Assembly (NCBI GenBank): GCA_051294905.1
Contig: CM119371.1
Span: forward strand, 20,772,001 to 20,836,000
Reading direction: 5' to 3'
Length of the DNA stretch: 64,000 nt
Source of the DNA: Botryllus schlosseri
Lineage: Eukaryota
Positions 1 to 14,353 of the stretch are shown here, in pieces (positions within the stretch are counted from its first letter, which is position 1; each line of letters begins with the position of its first letter). The notes under the pieces were generated by a model that had not been told where the DNA came from, searched no databases, and saw only the letters and a list, made by a program, of their open reading frames with translations. Position numbers and translations under genes: made by a program.

Positions 1-149
1 CTGAACCTTACAAGACAAATACCATCCCGCTGAGAAAAATTTTACGCCAGTGAAGAAATACCAATTTGAAATCGTGTGCGTCTTTCAGTTTAGTACGTTC
101 ATGCGATTCTATATTTTTTGATTTAGCGGACTGGAAGTCACGAAATAAC

Positions 150-860
150 ATAATGTGACGAAGTCATATCAACGGGTCCGCCCGCCCGAAGATGTTTAAT
201 TATTATTTACGGACCCTCCCGTCTTCAAGACACTTCACTCATCTCTACCGGTAAATCTAATTGCGTGAGTAGAGAGGACAAGAAAGTGATAGCAATATAT
301 ATGCAATTGCCGATCTGATTGACCGATTTTATTATAAATTACCGAAAATTTTCGCGCTTCGCGCTGGCTCACTATACAGTACAGCTGATTGCGTGACAAA
401 CGCGAACAACGTGATTAGGGGGGGGGGGCGTTTTACCATCCTATGGGAGCCCAAGACCCAAGTTTTTCGGTTCTCTGACGAGGTGCTGCTTCGTTCCTGC
501 CAACGGGTATACTCCCAAAGATGTTTAATTATTATTGAGTGGTCCTACCTTTTGGAACACACGTCACTCAGCTCTACCGGCAAATCTGATTACGTGAGCA
601 GAGAGAAGATAAAAATTGATAACAATATATATGCAATTCCCGATCATACTGACCGATTCAATCATGAATTCTAGAAAATTTTCGCGCTTCGCGCGCTTAG
701 GCGATAAAAGTTGATTCACTAAACAACCCCCAATGTAGATGATAAGTAACCATAAAAAGGGTAAAGCCTGAGGGGGGTCTGGGGGGCGAAGCCCGCCAGA
801 AGTTAGGTTTATCACCCTATGGGGGGCCCAAGACCAACGTTTTGGGGGGGGGCTGACGAA
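150..860. repeat. Interspersed repeat with an internal ~190-bp duplication (about 190-365 vs 518-697); further copies at about 22410-22690 and 39400-39510
   Basis: Shared blocks gatgtttaattattatt, ctctaccgg.aaatct, caatatatatgcaatt and aaaattttcgcgcttcgcgc. The gggggtctggggggc motif occurs at both 774 and 22674. Confidence 0.75.
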
Positions 861-1283
861 GTGCTGTTACGGCCCTGCAAGTAAGTATGTCTAAAAGTCG
901 GGTTTTCGACGAATCAAAACGAGTGTTTCTAGTAGGTAAAAAACGCATCAAAAACCCAAGAGTCTGGCTATAAGCATAGCGGAATGATTCAATTCGAACA
1001 CAAAACCAACGTCGATAAAGCATAAATATATTCAGTCGGGTAATTGATCAGTTTTCGGCTGATATCTAGCCTGATTTTGGACAAGATTGTTTTCATATTA
1101 ATCCTGTATTTTCAAGTAAATTATTTAATGCAAAATAAACAGCTGTGATGTTACGAAATAGGAAAAAAAGCAATTCATTGCAATCACATGCAAGTTTGTT
1201 ATCATTATAGTCGACTGCTTTCACAGATCTATATCTATATAAATAAATTAATTATTCTGCTTACAACAATTATCTCCTTTTAG

Positions 1284-1483
1284 ATATTAAAAAGGAATTT
1301 CTAGTATCTGTTGATGCATTTCTGAGTGCAACGATTAGTCCTCTCGATCGATTGAAGCCAAAGTTCACGAATGACCGCCATCCGATTAGGATACGTGATT
1401 TATATAAACTGATGATACTATGTGACAATAAATTCGAGAACTCCATGGCGGATGGACGTATTGAAGAAAAAGACATTAAAGAC
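1284..1483 (+). CDS. Exon A (200 nt): (D)IKKEFLVSVDAFLSATISPLDRLKPKFTNDRHPIRIRDLYKLMILCDNKFENSMADGRIEEKDIKD
   Basis: Acceptor ctccttttag, donor gac|gtaaga, open frame. Resembles the end of the atlastin/GBP G domain (EF...L..P..L.PK..NG..I...DL). Confidence 0.8.
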
Positions 1484-1983
1484 GTAAGAAAAATATGCTC
1501 TTGCTATTTTAGTACTTAATGACTTCGCTTCTGCCGAATTGTAGCACGGCCTAATTCAGTGGTTCCCAACTTGGGGTCGACGAAACCACTAAATTTGCAA
1601 CGTGATCAATAATCAATTTGGTATTTTACCATCTCTAGGGTAGAAAATTATGATGTTTTGATCTATATGATATGAAACAGTTTGGCTGGAACTGAAACGT
1701 GAGCACCAACATCAGTAAAACCCCGTTTGTGATAAAATATACTGCTAGACAAGCTCATTTTAATTGCATGTAATCTATTAAACTATTAGAGCATAATATC
1801 CCGCCAGGTGAGATCACAGATTTGAATGGAAGCTGTCAGCTGTAACAATATCATACGGCGAATGTAGTCAGAACGCCGGTAAATTTTAAAATGAAACAAA
1901 ATTACGACATATCGCATCTAAACTGCTAAAACGACGCTGCTAAATACTATTGAGTGGATGTTATACTTGAGATAATATTACAG

Positions 1984-2052
1984 GGGGAAGACCGAGTGGC
2001 ATATGAAAGAAAGTACGAACAGCTGTATGAAGAATTCGTTGACACGATCCAG
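1984..2052 (+). CDS. Exon B (69 nt): GEDRVAYERKYEQLYEEFVDTIQ
   Basis: Acceptor attacag, donor cag|gtaggt, phase 0/0, helical peptide. Confidence 0.8.
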
Positions 2053-5000
2053 GTAGGTATATACTATTTTGTATAAAGTCAAAAAGAATAAGAATGAAAA
2101 AGCAAAATTCGAAAAAAATTACCAGGAACCATATACTGAACCACCTCCATATGCTTTCCTGGCTTCAACATTTAGTTGCATGGTATTGTCATTACACGCA
2201 AAGAGAAAGTGAACGAAAGCTTCTGGAAACGAAATACACAAGCAAATACACGATTAAGCTGGACTGAACGTGTATATCTATCTGATATTATAATAGGAAT
2301 ATGGATAGAAAAATATTCAATATTTTTTCAAAGAAGATGACTAACACGCACGCCAATGAATTCCTATAAACGTTTTTTTTTCTTTTTTGGAGGCTGTCAA
2401 ATGATTGAGTGGATTGTTGGTTATTGGGATTATTATCACAAATCTTTCAAAATAATAGATAGACCAGAATAAAAATAAGGTAGGGGATAATAAATCTAAT
2501 ACTGTAATCCAAATTGCTTACCATTAATTATACCAAGGGCGTTTTTTTTTAATATGTCATGATTTTGTCGAAATTGTAGCGTTAGGTCAAGAAAGTGTCA
2601 AAATTCTGTACAAATTCAAAATTGTTTTGCAACCTATATTTCGTTTTTTCGTATATGTTTGCGTTGTCTGTGAACTTATAATTCGCCATTTTACATGCTG
2701 CAGCCTTCTTATAGGCCTACCGTTGTAAACGACCCATTATCCGCTCATTGTGATGGATAAACGGCCAAATGAAACAAATTGTTGGATATGGTGATATGCT
2801 GTCGCAATATCTTAACTGAAGGAAGACCGCGTGGGCAGTCGTTATAATCAGGGATGGTGTGAACGTGACATTCACGTTCGCGTTCTGTGTGTGAACCTCA
2901 CAAATTAAGAGGTTCACGATCACAGAAGCAGCTTGGTATGTGCATTGCAAACCGTTTTCATATATTACCAGTTATTACGTCATTATTATATCTATAATTT
3001 AAATTATTTGCAATCCAACTTCAGACCACTCTATGCAAGTATAAAAAAATCAACACTAAACGAGCACCTTACCCCACACCTTACCAATCCCAAAATTTTA
3101 CTTGCTGTGTTACAAAATTTTGCTCGAAATATTCATCTTCCCGGTTGTGAATATTTATCAAATGTCTAAGGTGAGCATGACCCGAAATCACATGGCATCA
3201 AGAACGAAATACAGTAAAGATCAGTAGTCAGCGAATTATACTTATTCAGCCGATCACAGAAATTGATATATAAAAAATACGTCATCTAATGCAAAAAATC
3301 AAGCAGGCGTTCTGATTCCATCAGCTCAATACCAATGTCACAATAGTCAGGCACCGAATTCAATACATTGTCTGGTCTGGCTTCTACCGTTAAGGCGTTA
3401 GCTTACATTCCCTTGCAAATTCTCGTCGGAATTGTTGGCAAAGAGACGGAAGATAATAATTTTATGAAAGTCAGCATGTACTTCAGTATTGTGGCATAAT
3501 GTAACTTGAGTCGTCGCTAGGTATGTCTGTTTACAATAACACATCTGTTCACTGACATGTGTGGTTGAAATTAGCAATGTGACGTCACCTGTCGTCATAA
3601 GGTTCACGTTTGCATTCACAAGCAACCTTTCAACAATTATCCAGGTTCACACGGGGGTTCGCACCGTCCATAGTTATTATATCAGGAAGCTCATGATGAG
3701 AAATTGTGATGTATAAAACATCGTCACAATCAAGCAACACGGTGTGTTAACAGCAGTGTGAGCACAACTTCAGTGTTATCAGCCAACATCTGCTTCTGGT
3801 ACACGTTCTTTCTCCATTCTGAATAAGGACAGACACTTTTTACCCGAGAATGTAGGAAAGTATCTTTCGCCGCACTGCTATTACTTTTAATTATTTTTAT
3901 CATAATGAGATTGTAACGAATGTAATTCTTCGTAGGTCTGGATTTCGTTTAAGGCGACTACCAAGTCCCAAACCTAACTTTCAGTACTATACCCCCATCA
4001 CCATGAAATTTTCACAGTCGCTATATGTCGCTATGCTATATGCAAAAAACAAGAAAAATCTCACCTTCAGATTGAGGATTTGAATGAGAAAAAATGGCAC
4101 CGACACGGGAATGTATATCTCAAAATTCTGCAGTCCTCTTTTCAATAGAGCGCCTTCTTTTGGAAGTACTAGGACAGTGCCATGTTGTGGTAAAATTTGA
4201 AGGAGTATGTCCAACCCCTCTGGGTAAATTTTATTTCGAGATTTCAAAGATTCAAATTTCAGGTAATTTTTTCAAAAAGTTTGCCTTGAAGCTCTGTAAT
4301 TCAGCGCAAGGTAGATCTAGGCCAAATGACGCTTAGCATAACATAGGTCTCGATGTTAGCTTATCAATAAAACCTGACTGATTACTATACGATATATATG
4401 TCATATAAATTTTTGATTTACCATGAGGCTGTTCGACAAAATTTTACAATAGAGAAAAACGATAATAAACATTTTACCAGTAATAGAAGAGTAATAGCAA
4501 GTAAGTTAGAAGACTAAGAAGAGTAGAAGAGCAATAGAAGTTTTTAGTTATGTTTTGTATAAGATAAGATACTATGTTGATATTTCAAACCAGGAAAAAA
4601 TTGAAAATTTTAATATTTTTTCTAACTTGTCCCCTCAATTAATTCTGACGATTCGAGTTTGATATGGTGTGGGAGGATTTTATGGAGTACTGAAATTCAC
4701 GTCGCTTGCCTCTGCAAGTTCTTTTTGTTCGCTTATTTTAAAACTGCACTACTTCCTAATTGGCGAGGAAGCTTTTAAACCATTCCATTTGACTACGTGA
4801 AATTGACACTTGGTGGACACATGACGATGCATTCTTCCTTCTTGTCTGAACTGGCTGCCATGAGGACGCAGAAATAAAACTGTCTAAAAACTATTGTGAA
4901 TCTCTTTACATCGACTATATTAGGAGGTCTTTCACACTTCCACCTATTAAATTGTTGTCGAAATGATGATTCACATTTTAAAGTGAAGGATATTTCTTTA

Positions 5001-5717
5001 TTGCACGTAAGTGATCGTTACAAGTTGATGAAACCAGCATATTTAAAGTGATATTCTAACAAAATGCGATAGGTGGAGACGTAGCCAAGGTTTAATTTTC
5101 CCCGAATCATATACTATTAGATATGGCATTAGCAAAGCACGGAGATTTCAGCCGCATTTCTGTAACAATAGAGGGCACGATAATCAAGGAGACGAACGTC
5201 AAGATTAAATTAAGCCTATAGGACAGTGGTTCCCAACTTTTTGTCATCATTCCCCATATCAGATGTATTCCGAGCCGTCCTTCCTTACTACCCAATTTAT
5301 TTTAGTTTATTATGAAGCAGGTTGTATGAGTGCACAAGACACACAACCCACCAGTGCGCAAGAAAGTCGCCTATTATTGCAACATGAAACATATGTGATG
5401 AACCGATACTTGTTACACTCAAAATTTAGCGAAAGCGTGATTTCACGTCATACAGGTCATGCTCCATGCGTTTGTGAAGCCATGATTGGTTATCCAGTCT
5501 TAAAAATGCGTTTTTGTGAACAAGGCGCAAACTAATTCTCGATACATACAGTCCAGAGCAGTTAACTGGTAATGGTATTTGCGTATGTGTCTCCGTAAAT
5601 ATGTAGACTGTCCTGTATGTAATGTGCCCTGTAATAAATGTGTCTATTCCCCCCAAGAAACCGTTGAATTTCCCACCGTTTGGGAACTGGTATAGTTTAT
5701 ATGTCTGCATATCATAG

Positions 5718-5921
5718 CACATGGATGCTGAATCTTCAATCGCAATCGAGGGTCGTTGCGTTGAATTGTTGAGACAAAAACTCCAACAATTCTGTGAAGA
5801 CGTATCGAAGTGGAATGTCAATGAAGTGGGAAGGCAATATGAATCGAAATACAAAGAAAGACTTACTGTTCAAATGGAAAATGCTACAGCGAGACGAGTC
5901 TTGAAATGGATGAGCCAACAG
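5718..5921 (+). CDS. Exon C (204 nt): HMDAESSIAIEGRCVELLRQKLQQFCEDVSKWNVNEVGRQYESKYKERLTVQMENATARRVLKWMSQQ
   Basis: Acceptor atcatag, donor cag|gtattt, phase 0/0. Overlaps ORF 5721..5936. Resembles atlastin middle-domain helices 2-3. Confidence 0.8.
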
Positions 5922-5988
5922 GTATTTATAGTGTAGAGACTCAATTTACCCCCACACTAATTCTAGTCACAGACTCCTCTTAATAATT

Positions 5989-7372
5989 ACGATGGTCAAC
6001 AAAATAAAAAATATGTATTTTTTGTAGAACATCCAAGGGCTATTTCTGTTTTTTTCGAGGATGCTGATTACAAATATTTCATAAGTTTAGCCAGATTGGC
6101 TTTTGTTCGGGAGATATGTATGCCTTTAAAAAGTCCAAAATTACCCTGTTTATCCCTGAATATTTTACATGAAATGAATAAAATCGTTGTTTTTTCTTTA
6201 AATTTTACACTGCGCATAAATAGATAATTGATCATGAAGAACACTCATGTCGTTCTCAGTCATAGTATCATTATTAACCTAACCTGGTGCCAAATATTTT
6301 TCGTAAAAAAAAACAGTACTTCTGCGCAACGGAAACACATATTCTCCTGTATCAATTTGTCATTCTACCAAGATTAAAGAGGATAAAAAAAGCTATAAAA
6401 TATGTCCTTGAAAGGCTTAACTACAATACTCATTTGCGTCTCATTTCTTTCGACTTGTAAATGGATAATATTCCACTGAGTCAACAAAGTGAGTATGCCT
6501 ATACTATCCCTATCAAACGAGAAGCTTACATCTGGTATATTTGATAGATTTAAGATTCGAATATGGATGAATGATTTCAATTTCATAAAAGGAAGGAGTT
6601 CACTGCATGGAATTTATCCTTAGGTGTAGTGAATGATATTTTTAGATGATCACAAAGCACCCAACTACAAACAGTTGGTCCGAAAATTTTTATCTGCATA
6701 TGGAAAGCTTAAAACAAACATGAGCATAAATGTTCACTTCCTGTTCAGTCATCTTGATATATTTCCTGATGATCTTGTTGATTAGCAAGGGGAGAGCTAC
6801 CAACAAGACATCAAAACAACAAAAGAAAAATTTTAGGGCATATGAGATGAACATATTATGGCAGACCATTACTCGAACATTTCAAGAAACTCCACCAAAT
6901 TGCAACTAGCGAAAATCGTACAAAAACAAATTTGCTTTTAAATAAATGAATCATATTATATTCCAGTTGAATATTTCAAATTTACAATAGTTTGTTGATG
7001 TCAAACTGTGTCAAACCATGTTATTTGACTATCTAGAAAAATACTCATATATATGACCGGAGTTATTTACGTACATGATATCCGTGAAAGTCTATAACTG
7101 TGATAAACCCAATACCACTTAATATAGTGCTGTTGGTGTATTTTGATTTAAAAGAGTCTTCTGTGAGTAAATAACAAGTATATTGAATTCCTAAACTTTA
7201 TAGTACGACTGAGCCAATTTTTACCAAGCCATTGCAGCAAAAATTGGAGATTTTGGTCATCTCCAAAACAAGAGCCAATTTGAAAAATCGAAGGCCATAA
7301 TTGGATTTAGTGCCCGTCAGAACCCCCAAAACCACTCTTACTTTATCCGCCTAAAATATGTGTTGATCAGTG
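5989..7372 (+). mobile_element. Decayed Chapaev3-type DNA transposon
   Basis: About 6500-6880 translates, with stops and frameshifts, to LSNEKLTSGIF..., AW..., HKAPNYKQLV...NMSINVHFLFSHLDIFPDDLVD*QGESYQQDI...IMADHY. This matches the Chapaev3 transposase C-terminus. Ends are ...tggtcaaca and tgttgatcagtg. Confidence 0.8.
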
Positions 7373-8484
7373 TTATCACGCTTGCGGGATCCTCAATCTC
7401 CGGAAAATACCCAAAATCAGAGATTCCCAAGATTTCTCTTCATTCCCCACTTCTGGTTAATTCAAGGTACTCGTGTCCCGTTACCGCCTACTCCTCAATT
7501 CAACCCTTAAAATTTTTCGCTACCATAAGAGTGGCTGGGATTTTATATAGTAGGCTAATGCCTTGATATTGATGCAAATTAAGACGTTCATATATTGATA
7601 GTCAAGACCCGTGTATTCAATGATTGCGGCACTTTCTGATAAGTTATCAGATCAAACGGCATTCCGGCATTTCGTCGTAATTTCTTTTAATTTTAGTCAC
7701 CAAGTTTTATCACAATTAAAGTTCAACAGCGTGATGTGCCGGATGTAATGGAAAAACTATTATGCATATTCGAGTGCAGCCAATATCTCTGGGACACCTG
7801 ACAGAAGATATGTAGGCTACAATATCCTTCTACTGCAACGTGAAATTTCTTGTGCAACGGTATCCTGAAAACTTCTGCTAAACCGTTAAAGCACGTCATG
7901 CTGCTCGTGCTAAACGTGTTTGTGACTCTAGTATTGGTTTTCCAGAATTCATAATGAGTTTTTTGGATACAGGACAGAGCAATCACCTGGTAACTGTGCA
8001 TCCGTACACCTTTATATACTGTAGCCTATGTAATTATTTTGCAACTACGTCCGTTCTCCATCTGAAAGCTCCGAATTCCCCACCAGTTAGAAACCAATAA
8101 TGCCCTAAATAAAACTAGGTCAAAATATTAAAGAAAGATTCATAAATACTGGCAATCGAGTATTATAGAAGCTATATCCCAGTGTGAGAAGCTGGCGTGA
8201 TTATACCTGCTATGATCGGAATATTGTGGCGTTTATTCTCAAGTATTGGGCAAAATGTTAAGGTGTTATTAAAAAAAACGCTCTAAATCTATCTCTAGTA
8301 TGGTTCTCTCTTTTATTTGCCTCACAAAGAGCCATGCGATGGATTAGATGCATTGCAATGTTATATATGACGCAATGAATTGCAAGCTAGAAGTCCAACA
8401 ACCCGTCAAGTACGACAGTGTCTCAACTATATGTAAATATATTGCTTGATTCATTCACTATCGTTTGAATTTGATGCCCTATCC

Positions 8485-9355
8485 CAGTGGTCGTTCGTCA
8501 GAAGAGCCATGTTGGCCATATATTTTCGATTTTAACTCCCAAAGAGCCATATATGTCAATCAATTGTTGCGTCACAATTGTAAATTCGTGACGTCATTGC
8601 AGTACTAATTCGAACTCACTACATGAGATTCGTCGTGGGCGCCGTATTTTATCTGTAAAAACTAGCAGGCTACTAATTATCCTGTAATAGCGCAACTCAA
8701 CGTAAATAGCTCAGAATTTATAATACCTGATATTCATCTAAACTATAGCACTGAATCCAAAAATTTAAATATTGATCGACTTCTCAATTCTCAAAGTATT
8801 CGGCGTCAACATGGATGTTGCACTACACGTCTGCATATTAACGGCAGTAGTAGAACGCTACTTCACAATCAAGAACGTAGATAGTAATTTGAATTTGTAA
8901 TAGGAATGTCACTTTCAACTTCTAAAGCATTTCTTTTCTCGGTGTAGATCAGGAAGACAATGTGAATTTTGAAACTTGATTGTCATATAGTCGTCTATAT
9001 GTATGCTATTCTTTTTCGTCAATAGTATGGTGCTATCCAAGATTATGCGGTGCGCGACGTCGGATACATCGATTTCGCGAGAGGTATCGGTCGCTGGCGC
9101 TACACCAACTTAAATTTGAGGATATTGTAAATCGGTCCGAACCCTTAGACCCGGTATAGGCCACTGGCCTGACCTATCAAACACATGTTTATGCTGCCAC
9201 GAGAATATTTATTTTGGTCGTTATGAAAATGTACTAACAAGTTGCTGCAATATTGATTAAATTAGGTTCAAAATAAATAAAAAAGTCAAAGAGCCATATC
9301 TTGTACCAAAAAGTGCTATATATATGGCTCGCGAGCCATAGGTTCCCGACCACTG
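8485..9355. mobile_element. Non-autonomous hAT (Charlie/Buster-like) element
   Basis: TIRs cagtggtcg / cgaccactg. TSD ccctatcc / ccttatcc. GAGCCAT subterminal motifs. Reverse-orientation relative at 18778-20374. Confidence 0.85.
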
Positions 9356-10206
9356 CCTTATCCCATTTCACGAATGCCCAGGCGAGACCGCCGAAAACTA
9401 CATTTTTACTGGGTCATGATTTCAGGCTATTGATTTCGTTAAAATCGTCAACACGGAGTTTTGCACATCTACGATGTTTGGGTTATGGTATTTGACTTTT
9501 TGATAGACTAACTAAATTAGCTCCGCATTGCGGTATTTGCTTGCTGCTTACCGTAAAAAATGCCATTTTCGGGGGTCCCACCAGGTCTTTCGTGATATGG
9601 GGAAGTACCGATTTTTACAGCTCTGCGGAAGCTGGCAGCGAAATGCTGCCATGTAGGTTTGTAACCTAAAGAACATAAAAGTGTATGTATGCTCGATTGA
9701 ATAGCGCAGAAATGAACGAAACGAGCAGACACGAGGATGTGCAGATCCACCATACCGACTATTCACTAGAAATCTTTATAATATACAGGAGATGCTGGTT
9801 TCGTTGGTTCGCTGTGAAGAATGCCCTCATCAGTCGTAATCTCAAAAACCTACTTAATAGTCGCGGCTCAGTGTTCTTGGCGTCAATATATAGCTGTATA
9901 GAAAGATATCCTTGTTCCATACAGATTAGATCTCAATAGTTTAACCAATGATGCGACATCTTTCACTGGTATATAACTTAACAATATTCAATGTTCGCAG
10001 AACTTTTTCCACGCGATATTGATACGTAAAACATGATATCTAGGTTGATCATAATGCCTCTGGTTATGAAACTTCAGTTTTTATACAGTTTTAAGGGAGC
10101 AAATCAATCATTCTATTCGAATGAGATAATTTGAAATTTCAAGCGTTTTTTTATATCGGTATGGCTATAAACTAAAATTTACATAAACTAACATTATTTT
10201 CACCAG

Positions 10207-10275
10207 GAAATGAAGAAGCAGAGATTGAAAGAAGAGAGTCGTCGTCTACTGGGGGTGTATGTTGCAGATATGAAA
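10207..10275 (+). CDS. Exon D (69 nt): EMKKQRLKEESRRLLGVYVADMK
   Basis: Acceptor ttttcaccag, donor aaa|gtaggt, phase 0/0. Same length as exon B. Confidence 0.75.
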
Positions 10276-10680
10276 GTAGGTATTGGTTTATACCACATAC
10301 CACCAAACCTCAATGGTTACGAACCTATGGTGCAAACAAAATGTAGATATATTATTACTATTATGTTTCGGTTATTCTACTCTCTGTAATAAAACCTTTC
10401 ATGTTGACTACAGAAATTTCTTTCCGACGCCTGGCAGCAATTTCGGGTTTATTAGTAAAGCTTTCAAAGCTAAAAATCAGACCATGCATGTCAATATATA
10501 TCAAAGCTGCAAGAGATCAACAATGTCTGCGGCTTGTGCGATAATAAAATCGCCACAATAAAATATCTCGTGGGAGAGCTCGTCTTTACATAGGCTACAT
10601 AAACCAATGATGTATCATTCGTATTATTTCAAAACACCTTCTACTGACTTTTTTTTGCTTCGGATGCTAATCCTTCCACA

Positions 10681-11210
10681 TTGATGAAAACAGCGCTGCA
10701 CACGGAATTTAGCTCAATTCCAACCAGTAGAAGTAGTTTTCTTGGAGTAGAAAGTTTTGAATATACAATTAAAAAACAAAAAATAAATATTTTAAATTTT
10801 TCTGTCAACCACATAAAATTCTTAGGCTATCAGTAGAGATGATGCATATCAAATTTGGCTCAATTTCAACCCCCAAAAGCGAAGTTGTTGCAGCAGAAAA
10901 ATTTCCAATTCCATGATTTTATATTAAATACCCATATTAAATACTATTTTATTCAATTCCAAATTTTTCTACTGCAATAACTTCGCTTCTAGTGGCCGGA
11001 ATTGAACGAAATTTAGTGTGCATAACCTCTACTGACAGCCTATTAATTTTATGGGGTTGACAGAAAAATTTCGAAAATTAATTTTTTCGTTTTTAATAAT
11101 AAATTCTAAACTTTTTACTGCAAGAAAATTGGTTGTACTAATTGGAAGTGAGCCAAAGCTGGTGTGCAGCGTTATTTTCACCAACCTAACAATTTTATCA
11201 AGTAGCCAGT
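10681..11210. mobile_element. Palindromic (fold-back) non-autonomous element
   Basis: Imperfect inverted arms of about 230 bp (e.g. aaatttttctgtcaacc / ggttgacagaaaaattt; cgctgcacac / gtgtgcagcg). Second copy at 61367-61774. Confidence 0.8.
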
Positions 11211-11942
11211 GAAATCTGAACTGGCCCAGATATCATCAACGTCCTGTTCAATTCTCGCTAAGGACCTTTTTAGTCGCTATATGAAATTTGTCCGAATTCA
11301 AAATAATGGTCATTGCAATTACGACGACGTGGAGCTCTCGTGAAAGTGGAGATTACGTGGTGCTCTAGTGTGCGTGAATTTATTTCATAAAAAATCGCCC
11401 GATCTACTACAATAGGGCTTTGCCGTGAAAATGTGCCGACTTTTGTATTACAGAAATTGGTTCGAATGCACCGTCGGAGACCGTTGGGGTGCATTAGTAA
11501 AGGGGCGTGCAACGAGAGAGGAATAATTGGCCAAAACTTTTCATAGGCTTTGTTATCGACATGGTCGGCAGTCGGCACCGAATAGTCACACCCTTTTGCA
11601 ATCTGAGTAGTATATCAATGCCGAGATTCTTTTATAGATCATCGTTGCATACAATTGTGCAATTACCATCATTCTTGACACATTCATTCATGCATTAAGG
11701 CAAATGTTCGCGCCTTCAGTTCGACCAGAACAAAAAAACTTTGCTATTTGGGTATTTGAAAGTTCTGATATGTTGCTAGGCAGGGGCTGTTATCTATTTG
11801 TGTGTTGTAACCAGGTCCGAAAAAAACATTTTTCATCGCCCTTCGGCCCAAAAAAGCACTGATCTTGGTCCCGCTCTAGGGCAATCGATGCAACTTCTTA
11901 GAGGCTTACTATATGCATCTGGTTGTTAAAGTTAGTTGAGAA

Positions 11943-12599
11943 CAGGGCCGGCCAACCCGTGGCCCGCGAGAACGCTTAGAGTGGTCTGCGAGGTAATCTT
12001 CGAAATAAGTTATAGTTATATGCCAAGATTGTGAACTTGCAAGGCAAACCAAAATATGAAATAAGAAATATCATTATTATGGCAGCAACACTCGGGATGT
12101 TGATGACTAAAATATCAGTTCCGATGCATTGGTAGATCCATGGGCCCGCCACATTTCAGGTAGGTCTTCGTTCATTACAATAAAGTAGATTATTTTGCGC
12201 GATATGTTGTCACTCGATTTATTGCTTTAAATATTGTTACTTACTCCTGAAAATAAATAGATTCACAGATTGAGTCTAACTACATTCGCAATTACAAGAG
12301 AAAGTGTCGTCGAACATGCGACCTGGCGTTTGCAGAAAGACCGTCGAAGATGAAACCTAGGCACAAATGATTGACACATGTTTGCCAAAAATTTCGGTAT
12401 CGATATGTAAAGACGCCGAAAAGTCCAGTCCTTGCAAACTGAGCCTAGCGATATACAGCAGACCGACAATATAGCCTACTCAAATACCAATATTATTGAC
12501 CTATAAAGTTTTAAAAAATTTCGCGCCTGGTGCGACTGATGGCCGGCGGAATGGTTCGTCAATTTCATGTGACCCTTTGGCCGAAAAGGTTGGCCCATG
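11943..12599. mobile_element. Non-autonomous hAT (Charlie-like) element
   Basis: Ends cagggccggccaacc / ggttggcccatg. TSD gttgagaa / gtttagaa. Confidence 0.7.
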
Positions 12600-12989
12600 G
12601 TTTAGAACATCTGTCTTTGATTAAAGCATCAAAACGGCCTTTACCGGCTCTAGAAATATACCGTTATATTATAATTGCGATTACAGTTAGACTTATCTCA
12701 GTAAATGATGGTTAAGTATATCTATTTTTGATTGAATTTATTTGCGTAGGTGGTGCATGGACCCATATTTAATATTAATGAAAGCTTGACTAAATCGCGC
12801 GCAGCGCAAAGAAAAGTTTCTAATGCATAAGTCGGTTTAAAAATAATATTGCTATGTTGTTTTACGAAAAAATTCAGAGCCTACTCCAAGCCTTAAAAAT
12901 TCCGGACATTTAAGCATATTTTAGAATTGAAAAAACAAAAACATTTGTGGCGGTTGCAAAAGCTTCCAAACGTCCATCATGCTGTTGTT

Positions 12990-13790
12990 TTGTATCGTAA
13001 TAATTGGTAATAACGTCTAGATAAGCGATAGCGGCTTATAGTTCATTACTTTTTATAAATCTGTCAAAAAAGCTTTGAAACGCAGCAATTCCATTAGCGA
13101 TTTCAAAGGGAAGCCTGCAAAATTGATATAGACGACCGCAACCTTCGAATGCAGTAAAAGGCTTATCATTACTTCCAAGAGGTATCTGATGGTAAACGGA
13201 CTTCAAATCTATCGCACTGTACCATTTAGCTCGAGCTACATATTATACAACGTTTTCAATATTCGGAAGCGGATAAGCATCTAGTGTATTATAGCGGTTG
13301 ATGATTATTTGAGAGTAATCAACGACCAATCTCTTCTTATGTCTGGAGTCCTTCACCACCAACACCTGAGCTCTCCACGGAGACGAGGGAGGTGTGATCA
13401 CTTCAAATTCTATGAGGTTCGAAACTTCGTCACGTATGAACTCCTTGTCATCATAACCGTAGTTTGTAGACTTGGTAGCCAAGGGCTTCATGTTTCCATC
13501 TACAAACCGCATAATACATGGCGTCTCGTTCACTTTAGTAGCTATCACATTACTAGCATCGGTTTCTGCTGCTCTGTTAGCGCCCCCGTTAGCGCTTGCA
13601 TTCGCGACCATCCAATCGCCACCGCCTCTTGCTCTGCCACTGTTTATGGTTATATCTCCATCGCAACTGAATTCAAAAACAGCTCTTTTATGCTTTTCGA
13701 ATAAAATATGGCCTAGAGCCAAATCGCAACAATGATCGTCGAGATCGCCGAACCGAACAAACTTCGACATTCAATTACCCAAATTCACAA
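12990..13790 (-). mobile_element. Degenerate Ty3/gypsy pol fragment (end of protease plus RT N-terminal half)
   Basis: SSPWRAQVLVVKD...KKRLVVDYSQ..N....LDAYPLPNIE, then a stop, then WYSAIDLKSVYHQIPL...FTAF...LYQFCRLPF..., and YLDV after a frameshift. Confidence 0.9.
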
Positions 13791-14182
13791 GAGCACAGAC
13801 GAAACCCTCGACCAATACAAATCATGATATTATATGAAGAAACAACAATCCCCACAGTAACCAACACAGTGACCCCGGACATGGACAAACTGTCCATTGC
13901 GCGTATAAATTTTTCGCTGCAAGCAATTAAACAAATGTTACATACATATTTCAAAATCGCTCTGATGACCCCGGGACCCAATCTTATACTTTTCGCGACC
14001 CATGTCTGGATAGCGATCCATAGTTTAAGTACCTAAGTTCTACCGCGAAAAAAGCGTGCAATCTATCATATTGTCATATTTGTTGACTTTTTGATCATCA
14101 ACCTTCTATATGCCGTGAAAGCAATTTGCTAATATCATAAATATCGAAATGAACTATTAAATTGTTGTTGAATATTTTACAG

Positions 14183-14353
14183 ACCTGCGATACCGTGAGC
14201 AAACTGAAATTCGAACACGATAAAATCCTCTCGAAAATACGCAACACCGAAACGGAATACGATGAGGTCGAGCTGATTCATCTCGTCGATGCTAAATATA
14301 AGCAGATGAAACAGAATATTATGGAAGAAAAACAAAACGAGCAAAGGATTACG
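14183..14353 (+). CDS. Exon E (171 nt): TCDTVSKLKFEHDKILSKIRNTETEYDEVELIHLVDAKYKQMKQNIMEEKQNEQRIT
   Basis: Acceptor attttacag, donor acg|gtaaca, phase 0/0. Lies inside ORF 14162..14371. Confidence 0.8.

Noticed and set aside
2393..2479. Possible extra exon resembling exon F (atgattga.tggattgt...aaaataag|gt)
   Set aside because: All three frames contain stops, and exons B and C already join contiguously. At most a chance match or dead pseudo-exon.
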